A stretch of DNA of 64,000 bases from Thermoproteota archaeon (lineage in GTDB: Archaea > Thermoproteota > Thermoprotei > Thermofilales > B9-G17): assembly GCA_029258885.1 (NCBI GenBank), contig JAPDJW010000001.1, forward strand, positions 192,001 through 256,000, in the 5' to 3' direction. The notes under the pieces are model-generated. The model was not told the DNA's origin. It worked only from the letters and a program-made list of their open reading frames with translations, and ran no database searches. The translations under genes were made by a program, and so were the position numbers. Positions 7,189 through 17,700 of the stretch are shown here, piece by piece. Every line of letters starts with the position of its first letter. The stretch's first letter is position 1.

Positions 7189-9666
7189 TTACTTCGTTAA
7201 TTTTTCGATGCAGTTTAGGCAAACATATTTTTTCTTGAATAAAAAGCGTTTTTCAACGCAACAGTCTCTACAAGTGGTTTTTCCACATTCAGAGCACTTG
7301 TATGCATGCATCTTACATACGGTTTCTCCGCAGATATAGCAGCTAATGGTATGATTATCGCATACAGGGGAGAAGCATTCGCTACATAGGGGAATTCTTC
7401 TGCTTCCTGTAACAACGGGTATGCCGCATACAATGCACCTTCCAGCGTATATATATCCTCGCTTCTTCTCGATGAAAACGGTACTCTTTAGGCCGTGTCT
7501 AGACACTTTCATTAAGGAGCCTTTGCCCTTTTCGAATTTTATATTGTTTATCTTAAATATTGGTCTAATAAAAATGTAGTTGAGTGGTCTCTTTAGATAT
7601 GGTTCGTACTTCCTCCTTATGTTATCGGCTAGGATAGGGTATCTACTTACCATTTCCTCGGCTTCCAATATCTGTGCTAATTTCCTCTTTAATGTTCTTC
7701 TATGTTTCTTTAGTTCGAGGAGATATTTTCTGCTGTATCCTTTATGCTCGATGAGACTTAGCCTTCGCCTTCTACCTCTTTTCCCTATTTTTTCCTCTAT
7801 TCTCTCTATTTCCTTCTCCAGTTTAGCTAGTTCACTGATTATCATGTTCTTCCGGGGGATTACGTTGTATTTATAATGGTTAATTCTACTCTCCAGTCTC
7901 CTCAGCTCCTTCTCCATTTTCAGTAAAATTTTCTCCTTAACTTTCTCGGCCAGCTCCTTCTCGTTATCCGGTGAAACAGAGGCTATTTTGACAACATCCG
8001 AGTAAACGATTTTCTCTAATACTATATCTTCAAGGAGCTTTCTAATAACGGATCGTGTTAGTTCCTTCTTCTTAGTGACCTTAAATGGCTTTTCATCTAT
8101 GAAGATAACCATGTAGTCAGGGACTAAGGGATGAATAACTACTCTAATCTTCCGCTTCAATTTCTTCTCGATCTTTCCGATCGGTGGAATATCGGCTACT
8201 ACTATTTCCTCAACGTTAGCAATCCACCTAGATACCGTGGATGATTTAACGCTTAAAACATCATACCTTCCTAAAGGTATGTATGTTTTCTGTTTAACCT
8301 CCGTATCCCTAGGAGGCTTATATTCAGGCAGCTTTATTTCACGTTTATATTTGGCACATACAAGCTTTATCTCATCGGCTGTTAAGGCGCCTCTGTGATA
8401 TGTCAGCAACCACCTAGGCCTAATCAATACAGTTTTTCCTTCATCGTAATTATGGTACAGGAATTCTAGGGTCTTTAGTTTGGCTAATATTCCGCCTGAA
8501 TTATCCAGCTCCAATCCGCTTCTCACTTTAGCTATATCCTGTTTAGTAGCTAATCGCCCTATGAATCTATTTGCAGCGTTTGATAGAACCTTGTAATCCA
8601 CATCGACCGGATTTTGTGTTGCGAGTATTATTCCAAGGCCGAAGGCTCTGGCCTGCTTTATCAGCATTAGTAGGGCGCGTTTTGAGGGAGGAGCTTGTAC
8701 AGGAGGTACGTATCCGACAACCTCATCGAAGACTAGCAGGTATTTTAGTCTATTAGTACCTTCTTTCTTTAACATCCAGCTATATAGACAGTTAAGTAAT
8801 ATTCCAACGAAGAAGTGTTTTTCGCTTTCGGTAGGTATCCATCTCAAGTCTATAACTGATATTGTTTTAGGCTCAAATAATCTATCCATATCTAGTTTTT
8901 CGCCGAAAAACCACGCCTTAAAACTTGGATAAGAAATTAGTAGGTTTAAGTCCCTAGCCAGTTTCCTACGTTCCTTCGAGGAAATGAACTCATCGATATT
9001 TAAGCTTCCCATCTTACTAATACTAGGATTCCTAACCTCCTCTATCAATTGTTCAATGCTTATACCTTCTCCTCTAGCCCATTTCTCATTTATTATGCTT
9101 GATAATAGTGCCAGTTCTCGCCTCCTCTTTTCTGAGTAGCCAATTAGTCTCAGAATGCTTAAAGCTGTAGATTCGAGCAGTTCATATGCGGATGATGGGT
9201 CTTCCTTAAGTAAGGTATCGTAGTTATATGGAGGATCAAATGACGGAGATATAGATAAGGGTATGCCTAAATTGCTTCTCGGAGTATATATCTTCACCCT
9301 AATATTTTCGGAAAATTCCTTTACATTGATTAGATCTAAGTTATATTGCCTAAGCTTTTTAGAATACTCCCTTAAAAGCTCGCGATCATATACTTCAGGA
9401 TCTAGACCACGTGCCCTAGCCTCTGCATCACACCAAGGTCTAAAACTTTCATAGCATGCCAAAGCCAGGGTTGTCATATCGCCCTTAGGATCAAGAACAA
9501 CTACAGGTATTCCAGCTAATGCAGCGTCTTCAATTATTGCTTTCGAGAGAACGGTTTTTCCTGATCCAGTAGCGCCAAGAATAACCGCATGTTTAATGAA
9601 TTTATCTCTATCGACCGAAAAATCATGTCCTTCGATTGTTTTACCTAGGATAAACTCTGAAGACAT
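7189..9666 (-). CDS. HerA/FtsK/VirB4-superfamily ATPase (DUF87/DUF853-like) with a coiled coil and Cys-rich C-terminal zinc-binding domain
   Basis: KHAVILGATGSGKT, VVVLDPKGD, LVFDEV, KQARAFGLGIILATQNPVD; C-terminal array of CxxC/CxxH motifs. Confidence 0.85.
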   Translation of the reverse strand: MSSEFILGKTIEGHDFSVDRDKFIKHAVILGATGSGKTVLSKAIIEDAALAGIPVVVLDPKGDMTTLALACYESFRPWCDAEARARGLDPEVYDRELLREYSKKLRQYNLDLINVKEFSENIRVKIYTPRSNLGIPLSISPSFDPPYNYDTLLKEDPSSAYELLESTALSILRLIGYSEKRRRELALLSSIINEKWARGEGISIEQLIEEVRNPSISKMGSLNIDEFISSKERRKLARDLNLLISYPSFKAWFFGEKLDMDRLFEPKTISVIDLRWIPTESEKHFFVGILLNCLYSWMLKKEGTNRLKYLLVFDEVVGYVPPVQAPPSKRALLMLIKQARAFGLGIILATQNPVDVDYKVLSNAANRFIGRLATKQDIAKVRSGLELDNSGGILAKLKTLEFLYHNYDEGKTVLIRPRWLLTYHRGALTADEIKLVCAKYKREIKLPEYKPPRDTEVKQKTYIPLGRYDVLSVKSSTVSRWIANVEEIVVADIPPIGKIEKKLKRKIRVVIHPLVPDYMVIFIDEKPFKVTKKKELTRSVIRKLLEDIVLEKIVYSDVVKIASVSPDNEKELAEKVKEKILLKMEKELRRLESRINHYKYNVIPRKNMIISELAKLEKEIERIEEKIGKRGRRRRLSLIEHKGYSRKYLLELKKHRRTLKRKLAQILEAEEMVSRYPILADNIRRKYEPYLKRPLNYIFIRPIFKINNIKFEKGKGSLMKVSRHGLKSTVFIEKKRGYIYAGRCIVCGIPVVTGSRRIPLCSECFSPVCDNHTISCYICGETVCKMHAYKCSECGKTTCRDCCVEKRFLFKKKYVCLNCIEKLTK

Positions 9667-9710
9667 GACTTTTCTAAGTTCTTTCTCGGTGAACGTATAT
9701 TAGCATATCC

Positions 9711-10322
9711 TTATTTCTTTCTGGATATATATACCCTATATCCGCCAGAACTAGCTATCGTATCCACGTTACCATATACATTCTCCATAATCTCCATAAG
9801 TCTTCTACCTCCCTTATTATGACGGGCAACTATTTGAAGATAGCCATCTGGGAAAAGATAGTCGATGGATTCCTCAATTATTCTCCTTAAAATACTCATT
9901 CCAGCGGATTGGGGAGGGTTACAAATTATCGTATTAAACTTTTCGCTTTTAACGGGTTCATATAGGTAGCCCCATCTAACCTCGGCATTTCTAATTTTGT
10001 TCAATTTAAGATTAAGTTTAGCGTACTTTACTGCACGCTTATTTATATCGGTCATTACAACATACCCATTCGGTGAAAGGAGCGCGGCAACTATACCTAA
10101 AATACCGTATCCTGTGCCTAGATCCAGAATTCGCCAGCCATCGACAATTATCATTTTTTCCGCAAGTAGCCTAGTTCCTTTATCCAGCTTTTTTGCCGAA
10201 AATATACCTGATGCACTAATAATTTCGATTACAAATCCACGTAAATCTACTCTAAACCTATATTCCCTTAGGCTACTTTTAGGCTTTACCGAAAAATAAT
10301 GATTTTTAGAGTTTTTATACAT
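9711..10322 (-). CDS. Class I SAM-dependent methyltransferase, RsmC/MTS-like
   Basis: SGIFS.KKLDKGTRLL, LDLGTGYG, IICNPP, GGY.V motifs. Confidence 0.88.
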   Translation of the reverse strand: MYKNSKNHYFSVKPKSSLREYRFRVDLRGFVIEIISASGIFSAKKLDKGTRLLAEKMIIVDGWRILDLGTGYGILGIVAALLSPNGYVVMTDINKRAVKYAKLNLKLNKIRNAEVRWGYLYEPVKSEKFNTIICNPPQSAGMSILRRIIEESIDYLFPDGYLQIVARHNKGGRRLMEIMENVYGNVDTIASSGGYRVYISRKK

Positions 10323-10326
10323 GATA

Positions 10327-11004
10327 CTATAGAGAAATCTCCCATTTTTCGCCGGGCTTTAATATAACAACCTTAGTGGCAGGGCTATATTGCTTAACGT
10401 ACTCTTCAAACTTCTTAGGATCCTGCCTTATAGCTGGAAAAGTATTATAGTGCATCGGTATAGTCACCTTGGGGCTGAATAGCGATATGAACTTTGCTGC
10501 CTGACGTGAATCCATCGTAAAGTATCCTCCAATGGGAACTAGCGCTATATCTATTGGATATAATTCAGCATAAAGTTTAATATCATAGAAGAGCCCTGTA
10601 TCGCCTGCATGATATATGGATGTATTTTCTTCAGTAACTATGTAGCCTACCGGGGAGCCGATTTCAGACGAATGAAGGGCTGGTGTCATGACTATCTCTA
10701 GTCCTTCTACGTTAGCTACACCACCTATATTCATGCCTACTGTTTTGCTAATTCCCTCTCTAGCTGCGTGTTGAGCAATTTCATAAATGGAAACTAATGT
10801 AGCATTGAATTTTCTACATATTTTAGTAGCATCCGCATAATGATCCCCGTGGTAGTGAGTAACAAGAACCACGTCAGGAGCTGTTAATTCCTCCAACTTA
10901 ATTGGAGCAACAGGGTTTCCCGAAATCCAAGGATCGATAAGAACTACTTTCTCCTTAAGTTTTATTTCAAAAGATGCATGCCCGAGCCATCTTATGTAGC
11001 CCAT
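10327..11004 (-). CDS. Metal-dependent hydrolase, MBL fold (UPF0173/UlaG-like)
   Basis: WLGHASF, IDPW, THYHGDH, YHAGDT, VPIGG.FTM, IPMHYNTF motifs. Confidence 0.9.
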   Translation of the reverse strand: MGYIRWLGHASFEIKLKEKVVLIDPWISGNPVAPIKLEELTAPDVVLVTHYHGDHYADATKICRKFNATLVSIYEIAQHAAREGISKTVGMNIGGVANVEGLEIVMTPALHSSEIGSPVGYIVTEENTSIYHAGDTGLFYDIKLYAELYPIDIALVPIGGYFTMDSRQAAKFISLFSPKVTIPMHYNTFPAIRQDPKKFEEYVKQYSPATKVVILKPGEKWEISL

Positions 11005-11019
11005 TCTCTTCCACCTCTT

Positions 11020-11664
11020 TTAGGCTGATAAGGGGGAGCCACATTTCGGGCAGAATTTAGTGTCGGGTAGAGTTAGTGTTCCACATTGTTTACATCTAAT
11101 TGCGCCTAGGCTTACAGCTTTTTCCTCTAGCTCCTTCAGCTTCAGTATCATTTCATCCCTCTTCTTAACGTAGTCGCTTCTAATCTTTTCATATATTTCC
11201 GGAGAAACCCTATCCCTTAAGTCATCGAGAAGCTGTATTTGATCAGTGAACTCCTTAATAGTCCTCTTTCTATCCTCAATATCCTTCAACAACTTTATAA
11301 GCTCCTCCCGTGCTTCCTCAGAAATAGCTGGTACCACTTTTTCAACCCTAGGAGGCGGAGGCATTTCCACTTTAGGCGGTTTTTCCACAGTTATTGGCTG
11401 AATTTTGGCTGCTTTCTCTTCCGGAACTTCAGGCTTAGGTTGCAGCATGGGAGCTACGGCTACTTTTTCCTCGATAACTTCAGCTTTAGGAATTGCTGGT
11501 GCTTTTTCCTCGGTTTTGGAAATAGGTTTTAAACATGGAGGATCGTCAGGGTTCTCGATGTTGACTCCCAGCTTTAAGCATCTTCGTCTACTAGTTGAGT
11601 AAAATATACAGTTTAAGCACGACCTTGGATTCAAATCTTTTTCACCTACTTCAACTTTATACAT
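11020..11664 (-). CDS. Hypothetical protein: Cys cluster, Pro/Glu/Lys-rich linker, coiled coil, zinc ribbon
   Basis: N-terminal CLNC..C..C, low-complexity PEK linker, heptad region, C-terminal CKQCG...FCPKCG. Confidence 0.75.
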   Translation of the reverse strand: MYKVEVGEKDLNPRSCLNCIFYSTSRRRCLKLGVNIENPDDPPCLKPISKTEEKAPAIPKAEVIEEKVAVAPMLQPKPEVPEEKAAKIQPITVEKPPKVEMPPPPRVEKVVPAISEEAREELIKLLKDIEDRKRTIKEFTDQIQLLDDLRDRVSPEIYEKIRSDYVKKRDEMILKLKELEEKAVSLGAIRCKQCGTLTLPDTKFCPKCGSPLSA

Positions 11665-11822
11665 ATTACAGCCAGTTAATATTTGTAGCTATTCGTTAAT
11701 ATAATTACACCATAAAAGCTTATGCATAATAGGAATCAATATGTTAAATTTAAAGGCATAACGAAGGGTGACTAATTTATTAAATTTAGTTTTATAGATT
11801 TTATTACCAAATATCATCTGCA

Positions 11823-12692
11823 TTAAAGATGTTTGCTTAATAACTTTGGAATTTCTGATGGAATGCTAGCTACAGCTACGCCGTTTTTTCTTAAAGCTTT
11901 AACCTTGCTCTCGTAATCTCCCATTCCAAGCATTATTATTGCACCAGCGTGTCCCATCCTTTTTTCAGGGGGCGCGGTTTTGCCAGCAATATATGCAACC
12001 ACAGGTTTTGGATAATTTGTTTTAGCAATATATTCAGCGGTTCTTTCCTCCATATCTCCTCCGATTTCGCCGACTATAATCACAGCCTTAGTCTGAGGAT
12101 CTTCCTTAAACATTTCTAGAACTTCGATGAAGTTTAGGCCAGTTACAGGATCCCCTCCTATGCCCACAGCTGTCGTTATGCCATAGCCATGGTTAGCTAA
12201 AACCCTAGCTATTTCATAGGTTAAGGTTCCGCTCCTGGAAACTAACCCTATCTCTCCTTCCTTAAACATACTTGCTGGCATAATGCCCAGTTTACATTGA
12301 CCTGGAGTAATAACTCCAGGAGTGTTGGGTCCTATTATGTATATGTTCTTGAGCTTAGCATAGCGTATAAACTTGAGGGTTTCATGAACAGGTATATGTT
12401 CCGTTATAACTACTATTGGGTTAAGCTCTGCGTCAATTGCTTCAAAGACTGCGTCTGATGCATACTTAGCAGGTACAAATATTATTGAAGCGTCGGCATT
12501 GTGTTCACGTAGAGCTTCTTTAATAGTGTTATAGACTGGGACTCCATGTATCATCATACCGCCCTTGCCCGGAGTAACTCCCGCTACTATCTTTGTTCCA
12601 TACTCAAGCATTAACCTAGTGTGGAAGCTGCCTTCACGACCAGTAATACCTTGAACTATAACCCTAGTATCTTTACCTACGAGGATTGCCAT
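11823..12692 (-). CDS. sucD: Succinyl-CoA synthetase alpha subunit
   Basis: [43 protein letters not shown] (phospho-His site). Confidence 0.96.
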   Translation of the reverse strand: MAILVGKDTRVIVQGITGREGSFHTRLMLEYGTKIVAGVTPGKGGMMIHGVPVYNTIKEALREHNADASIIFVPAKYASDAVFEAIDAELNPIVVITEHIPVHETLKFIRYAKLKNIYIIGPNTPGVITPGQCKLGIMPASMFKEGEIGLVSRSGTLTYEIARVLANHGYGITTAVGIGGDPVTGLNFIEVLEMFKEDPQTKAVIIVGEIGGDMEERTAEYIAKTNYPKPVVAYIAGKTAPPEKRMGHAGAIIMLGMGDYESKVKALRKNGVAVASIPSEIPKLLSKHL

Positions 12693-13828
12693 TACATCGC
12701 CTCCTTGACTAAATTTACTACATGCTTTGCAGCTTCATTCATATCTGAAAAAGCCTTTATACCGTACTCCGACAATATTTTTCTCCCTTCTTCCTCTCTT
12801 GTCCCTATCATCCTGACGACTATAGGCTTCTTCACATTTACGGATGTTATTGCGTCAACTATTCCTCTCGCAACTTCATCGCATCTTGTAATTCCACCAA
12901 GAATATTGATGAAAACAGCCTTTATTCTATCATTTCTCAATAAAATCAGTAATGCCTCCCTTACTCTCTCAGCGTTAGCACCACCACCTATATCCAGGAA
13001 GTTCGCCGCTCTTCCGCCAAAATATTCTATTATATCCATTGATGCCATGGTTAAACCAGCTCCATTGCCGATTATGCCTATATCCCCATCTAGCTCTACG
13101 TAGCTGAAGCCGTACTTCTTGGCAACTTTCTCATTCTCATTTAGCCTCATATAATATTTCTCTGCAAGTTCCTTATGCTTAAATAAGGAGTTATCATCAA
13201 TTATGATCCTAGCATCAACAGCTATTATTTTATTATCTCGGGTTATGACGAGAGGATTGGATTCAACTAGTTCACAGTCATAGTCTATGAAGACTTGATA
13301 CATTTTCCTAGCTATAAGAGATGCTTCTTTTCTAAGTTTCTCGTCCAGACGTAGACTAGCAACTACGCCCCTAACGTGGAAATCCTTTAATCCGATTAAG
13401 GGATCTATAAAATACTTACTGATCATTTCTGGGTATTGATGGGCTATCTCCTCTATCTCCATACCTCCTATCCTAGAGGCTATTATCACTGTCTTCCTTA
13501 GAAATCTATCAATGGTTATGCTTAGGTACATTTCTCTGGCTATATCGACTCTTTCGACGACTAGAATTTTCTCTATCTTATACCCCTTAATCGATCGTTT
13601 GAACATTTCTCTAGCCTTAGCTTCAGCTTCCTCCGGCGTATCTGCAAACAGTATTCCTCCAGCCTTACCTCTACCAGCTACTGGGACTTGAGCTTTTAAG
13701 ACCACAGGTCTATTTAATTCCTCAGCTATCTTTCGTACTTCAGCGGGCGAAACAGCAAGGCCGCCACGCTGAACAGGTATACCATATTTTGCAAATATAT
13801 CCTTAGCCTCGTATTCGTACAGCTTCAA
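12692..13828 (-). CDS. sucC: Succinyl-CoA synthetase beta subunit
   Basis: LKLYEYEAK, KAQV..GRGKAGG, GNGAGL.MA..D, NFLDIGGGA, GGITRCD. The start is placed at TTG 13828 behind a GGTGA RBS. Confidence 0.95.
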   Translation of the reverse strand: MKLYEYEAKDIFAKYGIPVQRGGLAVSPAEVRKIAEELNRPVVLKAQVPVAGRGKAGGILFADTPEEAEAKAREMFKRSIKGYKIEKILVVERVDIAREMYLSITIDRFLRKTVIIASRIGGMEIEEIAHQYPEMISKYFIDPLIGLKDFHVRGVVASLRLDEKLRKEASLIARKMYQVFIDYDCELVESNPLVITRDNKIIAVDARIIIDDNSLFKHKELAEKYYMRLNENEKVAKKYGFSYVELDGDIGIIGNGAGLTMASMDIIEYFGGRAANFLDIGGGANAERVREALLILLRNDRIKAVFINILGGITRCDEVARGIVDAITSVNVKKPIVVRMIGTREEEGRKILSEYGIKAFSDMNEAAKHVVNLVKEAM

Positions 13829-13839
13829 GATTTCACCAT

Positions 13840-14700
13840 TCAGATGTAGAGGAACGGAAATATAAGTGTTGAGAGTATAATGTATGCTATGTAGGCAAGT
13901 ATCCCAGCTGCAAATCCTTTGGCTCCGCTTAATTTCGTTATACTTAAACAAAATGCAATGTTTAATACTAAGCCCCAAAGCACTACAAATGTATAGATGG
14001 CTGTAGTTACCTGCCCTAATTCCAGCGGAAAATATTTCATCCATTCATTTATTGACAACTTCACATAGTAGTTGTACTTCCATATACTAGCTCCATAGGG
14101 AACCACAACCTCTAGCTCAGGCACATGAATGACAACTATACTTTTCACTATAAGGTCGATTAAGGAGCCAAGCATTCTAGCACTTAAAACATAGCCTACA
14201 GCTGAGTAACCTGAGGACGCCGTCGATCCGAAAAGTTTCGAAACAAGATAGTTTGTAAAATAGAGTATGATCCATGTAAATATCAGATTTACTGAGAAAA
14301 GCAGGGCTTGTAACGCAATAATGTTCTGACCTATATCCAGAAACTTAAATTTATTAAAAGCTGTTGCGTTAACAAAGTATATTCTAATGTATTTACTGCT
14401 GGCTTCGGCTGTATAGTTTCCGAGTAGCTCTCCCTCTCCTAGCAATAAACATACCCTATTCAATACGAGAATTGTAGATAAGCTCTGAAATATTACCGTA
14501 AGAACTATCGCTAAAATCGGTCCAAGTTTATCGGGAGTTTTCGCTATCTCATCGTATGTAGTGAATGGGTTGTAGAGAACCCTGATTACACGTAAGATAG
14601 CGTTAGACAGTTTTTCAAGCAGTGTTTTCTTTTCGGGTTGAATATATATAACAACGTATTCCCTTTTTTTCCTAGCCTCAGTAAAGGGGAAGTGCATCAT
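13840..14700 (-). CDS. Yip1-domain-like multi-pass membrane protein
   Basis: P..TYDEI...GPILAI followed by about 5 hydrophobic helices. The true start is probably downstream of 14700. Confidence 0.6.
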   Translation of the reverse strand: MMHFPFTEARKKREYVVIYIQPEKKTLLEKLSNAILRVIRVLYNPFTTYDEIAKTPDKLGPILAIVLTVIFQSLSTILVLNRVCLLLGEGELLGNYTAEASSKYIRIYFVNATAFNKFKFLDIGQNIIALQALLFSVNLIFTWIILYFTNYLVSKLFGSTASSGYSAVGYVLSARMLGSLIDLIVKSIVVIHVPELEVVVPYGASIWKYNYYVKLSINEWMKYFPLELGQVTTAIYTFVVLWGLVLNIAFCLSITKLSGAKGFAAGILAYIAYIILSTLIFPFLYI

Positions 14701-14730
14701 GCATCATCCTGGGGACAGCTTGTCATCATC
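14678..14730 (-). ncRNA. Box C/D sRNA candidate
   Basis: Minus strand: ATGATGA (14729-23), guide CAAGCTGTCCC, degenerate D', C' ATGATG (14707-02), D CTGA (14681-78); 53 nt. Confidence 0.5.
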
Positions 14731-14777
14731 GAACAAGAACCCATCTTAAGAGAATACTTTCTAACTATATATTAATT

Positions 14778-17700
14778 TTAAGACGGTAGTTTATTCATTT
14801 TCCTGAACTTGAAATATGCTATAGATGCTACCAAAGCCACGAAAACTACGAGTACTACGTCGAACATGCTTATGTCTTCATTTAAAGGTATCCTTAACTC
14901 AACGCTACATAAGTTTTCGCCAGATATTACTAGCTTAATACCTTCACGCCCTACCTTCAGCCTATGGAAGGATAGCTGTAGAATTCTGTACTCGAGAGGT
15001 TTCAGCGTCTTTAATTCGGTATAATTTAAAGTCCTTCCATCTTCTAAATTTTCTAGCCTAACGCTTAAGTTTCTTAAATAGAGGAACTTACTCGGATTAT
15101 ATACCTTAACATATACAATAATTCTATCGTATTTCTTAACCATATTGTGCTTAACAATGTTTACAATAATTTTATCTCTATAAACTCTACGGCTTAATGG
15201 AAGACATATCTTATTCCCTGGGCATGAGATACGCTGAACAGCTAACTCTATGGTTCCGTTGGATGAAGGCTTTATCTCCAACTTAAAGATTCGGTCGGCT
15301 ATTTTCTCAACCCTAGCGTTGTCTATTTCTAGCAGATTCAAAGGATAATTACTCTCTAGAAATACTGTAATTAAGTAATTATCGCCTGTCACATTAACTA
15401 CATTTAAATATACTCCTATTACTCGAATGATTAAAGAATTAATAGCTCTTATTGAAAATGGGCCTTCAGCCGATATGTATATGGCAGAAGCATCTCTTAT
15501 ATCTCTAGCATTAATACTTAGCAAGTATAATCCGGGCTCTACTTCTACAGCCTTTCCTGAAACATTAGCTACCATATCTACATTAGACGCATAGCTACCA
15601 TTGTGTGCCCATGTAACAGCTATACGCATTTCGATTTTTCCTTTAATGTAATATATTTCCCTACATTTAATCGAGTATCCCGTGAATACTAGCCTTAAGC
15701 TATATGGCAATTTTATAACTCTGGAGGAGTTCTTCTCCAGTAAGTAGAACTGATAGATTCCGTCGCTTGGATAATTACATGAAACATTAAAGCCAGTTTT
15801 TGTCCCATTTAAGGGCAGGACAATTTCAACCCCTGGCCCAGTGACGAGGAGATTATACCTATTAGAGAAATCAGGTGTCGTATTTAGACCAATATTTACC
15901 AGTATTTTTTCTTTGACGTTTGCTAGTGTTCTCTCAGGTGTAATGCTCATGTAGATATTGGAATAAAGCACGTTAATTTTGCATGGAATGTATGCCCGTA
16001 TTCCGTGAGAGGCTGGAGTAATCGGTATTATCTCAAGAGTTAAGTTTTTGAAACTACCTATTAGTCCACCTAAATCTAACGCTAAGACTCCTGTACCGTT
16101 TTTAAGAGCACATCGCTTCCCAATTTCGTTGCATATTACAGTTATTGAAACAGGTTTATCGTTATGGGCAAATGTTGCTCTTAAACATACCCTAGTAGTA
16201 CTTGCTTTATCGTTGATAAGGTAGATTCTACAGTCGCTTGACAGCCTGATATAAGTAAAAATCACCCTCGGTGTATCTATCAAAAATTTGCTTACGTTAT
16301 TCACTGCCGTTAGCAGTCTCGCATAAATCTGCAAGCACCTGGCTCTATGAGAGCTGATTTCAAGAAAAGAGGGTAGAAGCAGAGTTCTAGTAATGTTAAG
16401 ATCCGGGATACATACCTCTACGGGAACCTCATTTATTTCTCTTTGATTGTGTCCCCAATAGGCTTTAAGTGAAAGAACAACTGTATCATTTACGTTAGCC
16501 CATATGTATTCGTTATCAATATCAGTAAATCCAGAGACTGCGTTTGCCTTAATGATAATTTCCGTTGAGATAATGCTGACCTTAACGATATTACTTACGT
16601 TATTGCCGTGATACGTAACGACGAATGTTAAGTTATGTACTCCTGTGGGAGCCTTAAATGAAATTACGGCTGTACCATTTATAACGGGGGCCTGAAGCTC
16701 ATTGCTTAAGCATTTCACAAGGTAGTCTTCAGGTATCCTGTACCCTGTCAGATTCCACCTGACATAGAATCGCAGATACACGGTAGATTCAGAGTTGATC
16801 CATACGAGATTTCTCACAGGTATTAGTTGCGGGCCTATCCATGTTATCGTGAATGAGAAGCAATTATTGGATTTAAATCCATGTATTGGGTCTAAAACGC
16901 TTAGTGTATAGTTTCTTTTCCCTATTCTTTCCTCGCTGAGAGTAATTACGACGGTATCATTGCATGCTATTTCGCTTGAATTGATGTAGATAATCAGCTG
17001 TTTAACATCCTTATGCGTATGCTCCCACATCGCCTTAAGAGTTATCTGTGCTTCGCATCCGACCGGAATGGTATCCGTGAAATTCAATACTCGGAACTTA
17101 ATCCTAGTCCATGTAATATTCCTTATAATGAAGTCGCCGTAGAGCTTCGTGATATTGTAGGGAGAGTTAATAACATATAATTTGTAGCTAAATATGCCCG
17201 TAGTATTTTCTGTAAGGTATACTTTCAGGATACCGTTAATACACTGAAATAAATCCGATTTTCCTCTTAACGAGAAGAGAGCTCTATCAACTGCCGTATC
17301 GTTATGGGCCCATGATACGTTTAAGCAAATACATATGGTTTTTCCAACTTCAATCCAAGCCAAGGATTCGTTTAGAAGCCTTAAACGTAACCCTGTCCAT
17401 GCTATACTAAATCTAGTCTTGCCAGAGACGTAGGTTATGCCGTTTGGATATGTATGAATGGATATAGTGTAGATTTCCCTACAGATGGAATCGCTAGTCA
17501 ACTCTAGGGTCAATGGAAGAAAACCTGAAGCCGTATATAGACCGTCGGTAGATCGTATAGATGTTTTTATCTCCCCGATTTCCTCTCCATTATGGCTCCA
17601 GTAGGCCCTAATGGAGACTTTCACCCTTTCTCCAGCATTGGCTATTTCCTTTGACTTAACCTGAATTACAATTCTTGTAAAAACTATGCTAAAGCCTAAA

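Noticed and set aside
13829-14044. 72-aa N-terminal extension of SucC in the ORF track
   Set aside because: It overlaps the upstream gene's 3' end; the conserved SucC start (LKLYEYEAK) follows a GGTGA RBS at TTG 13828.
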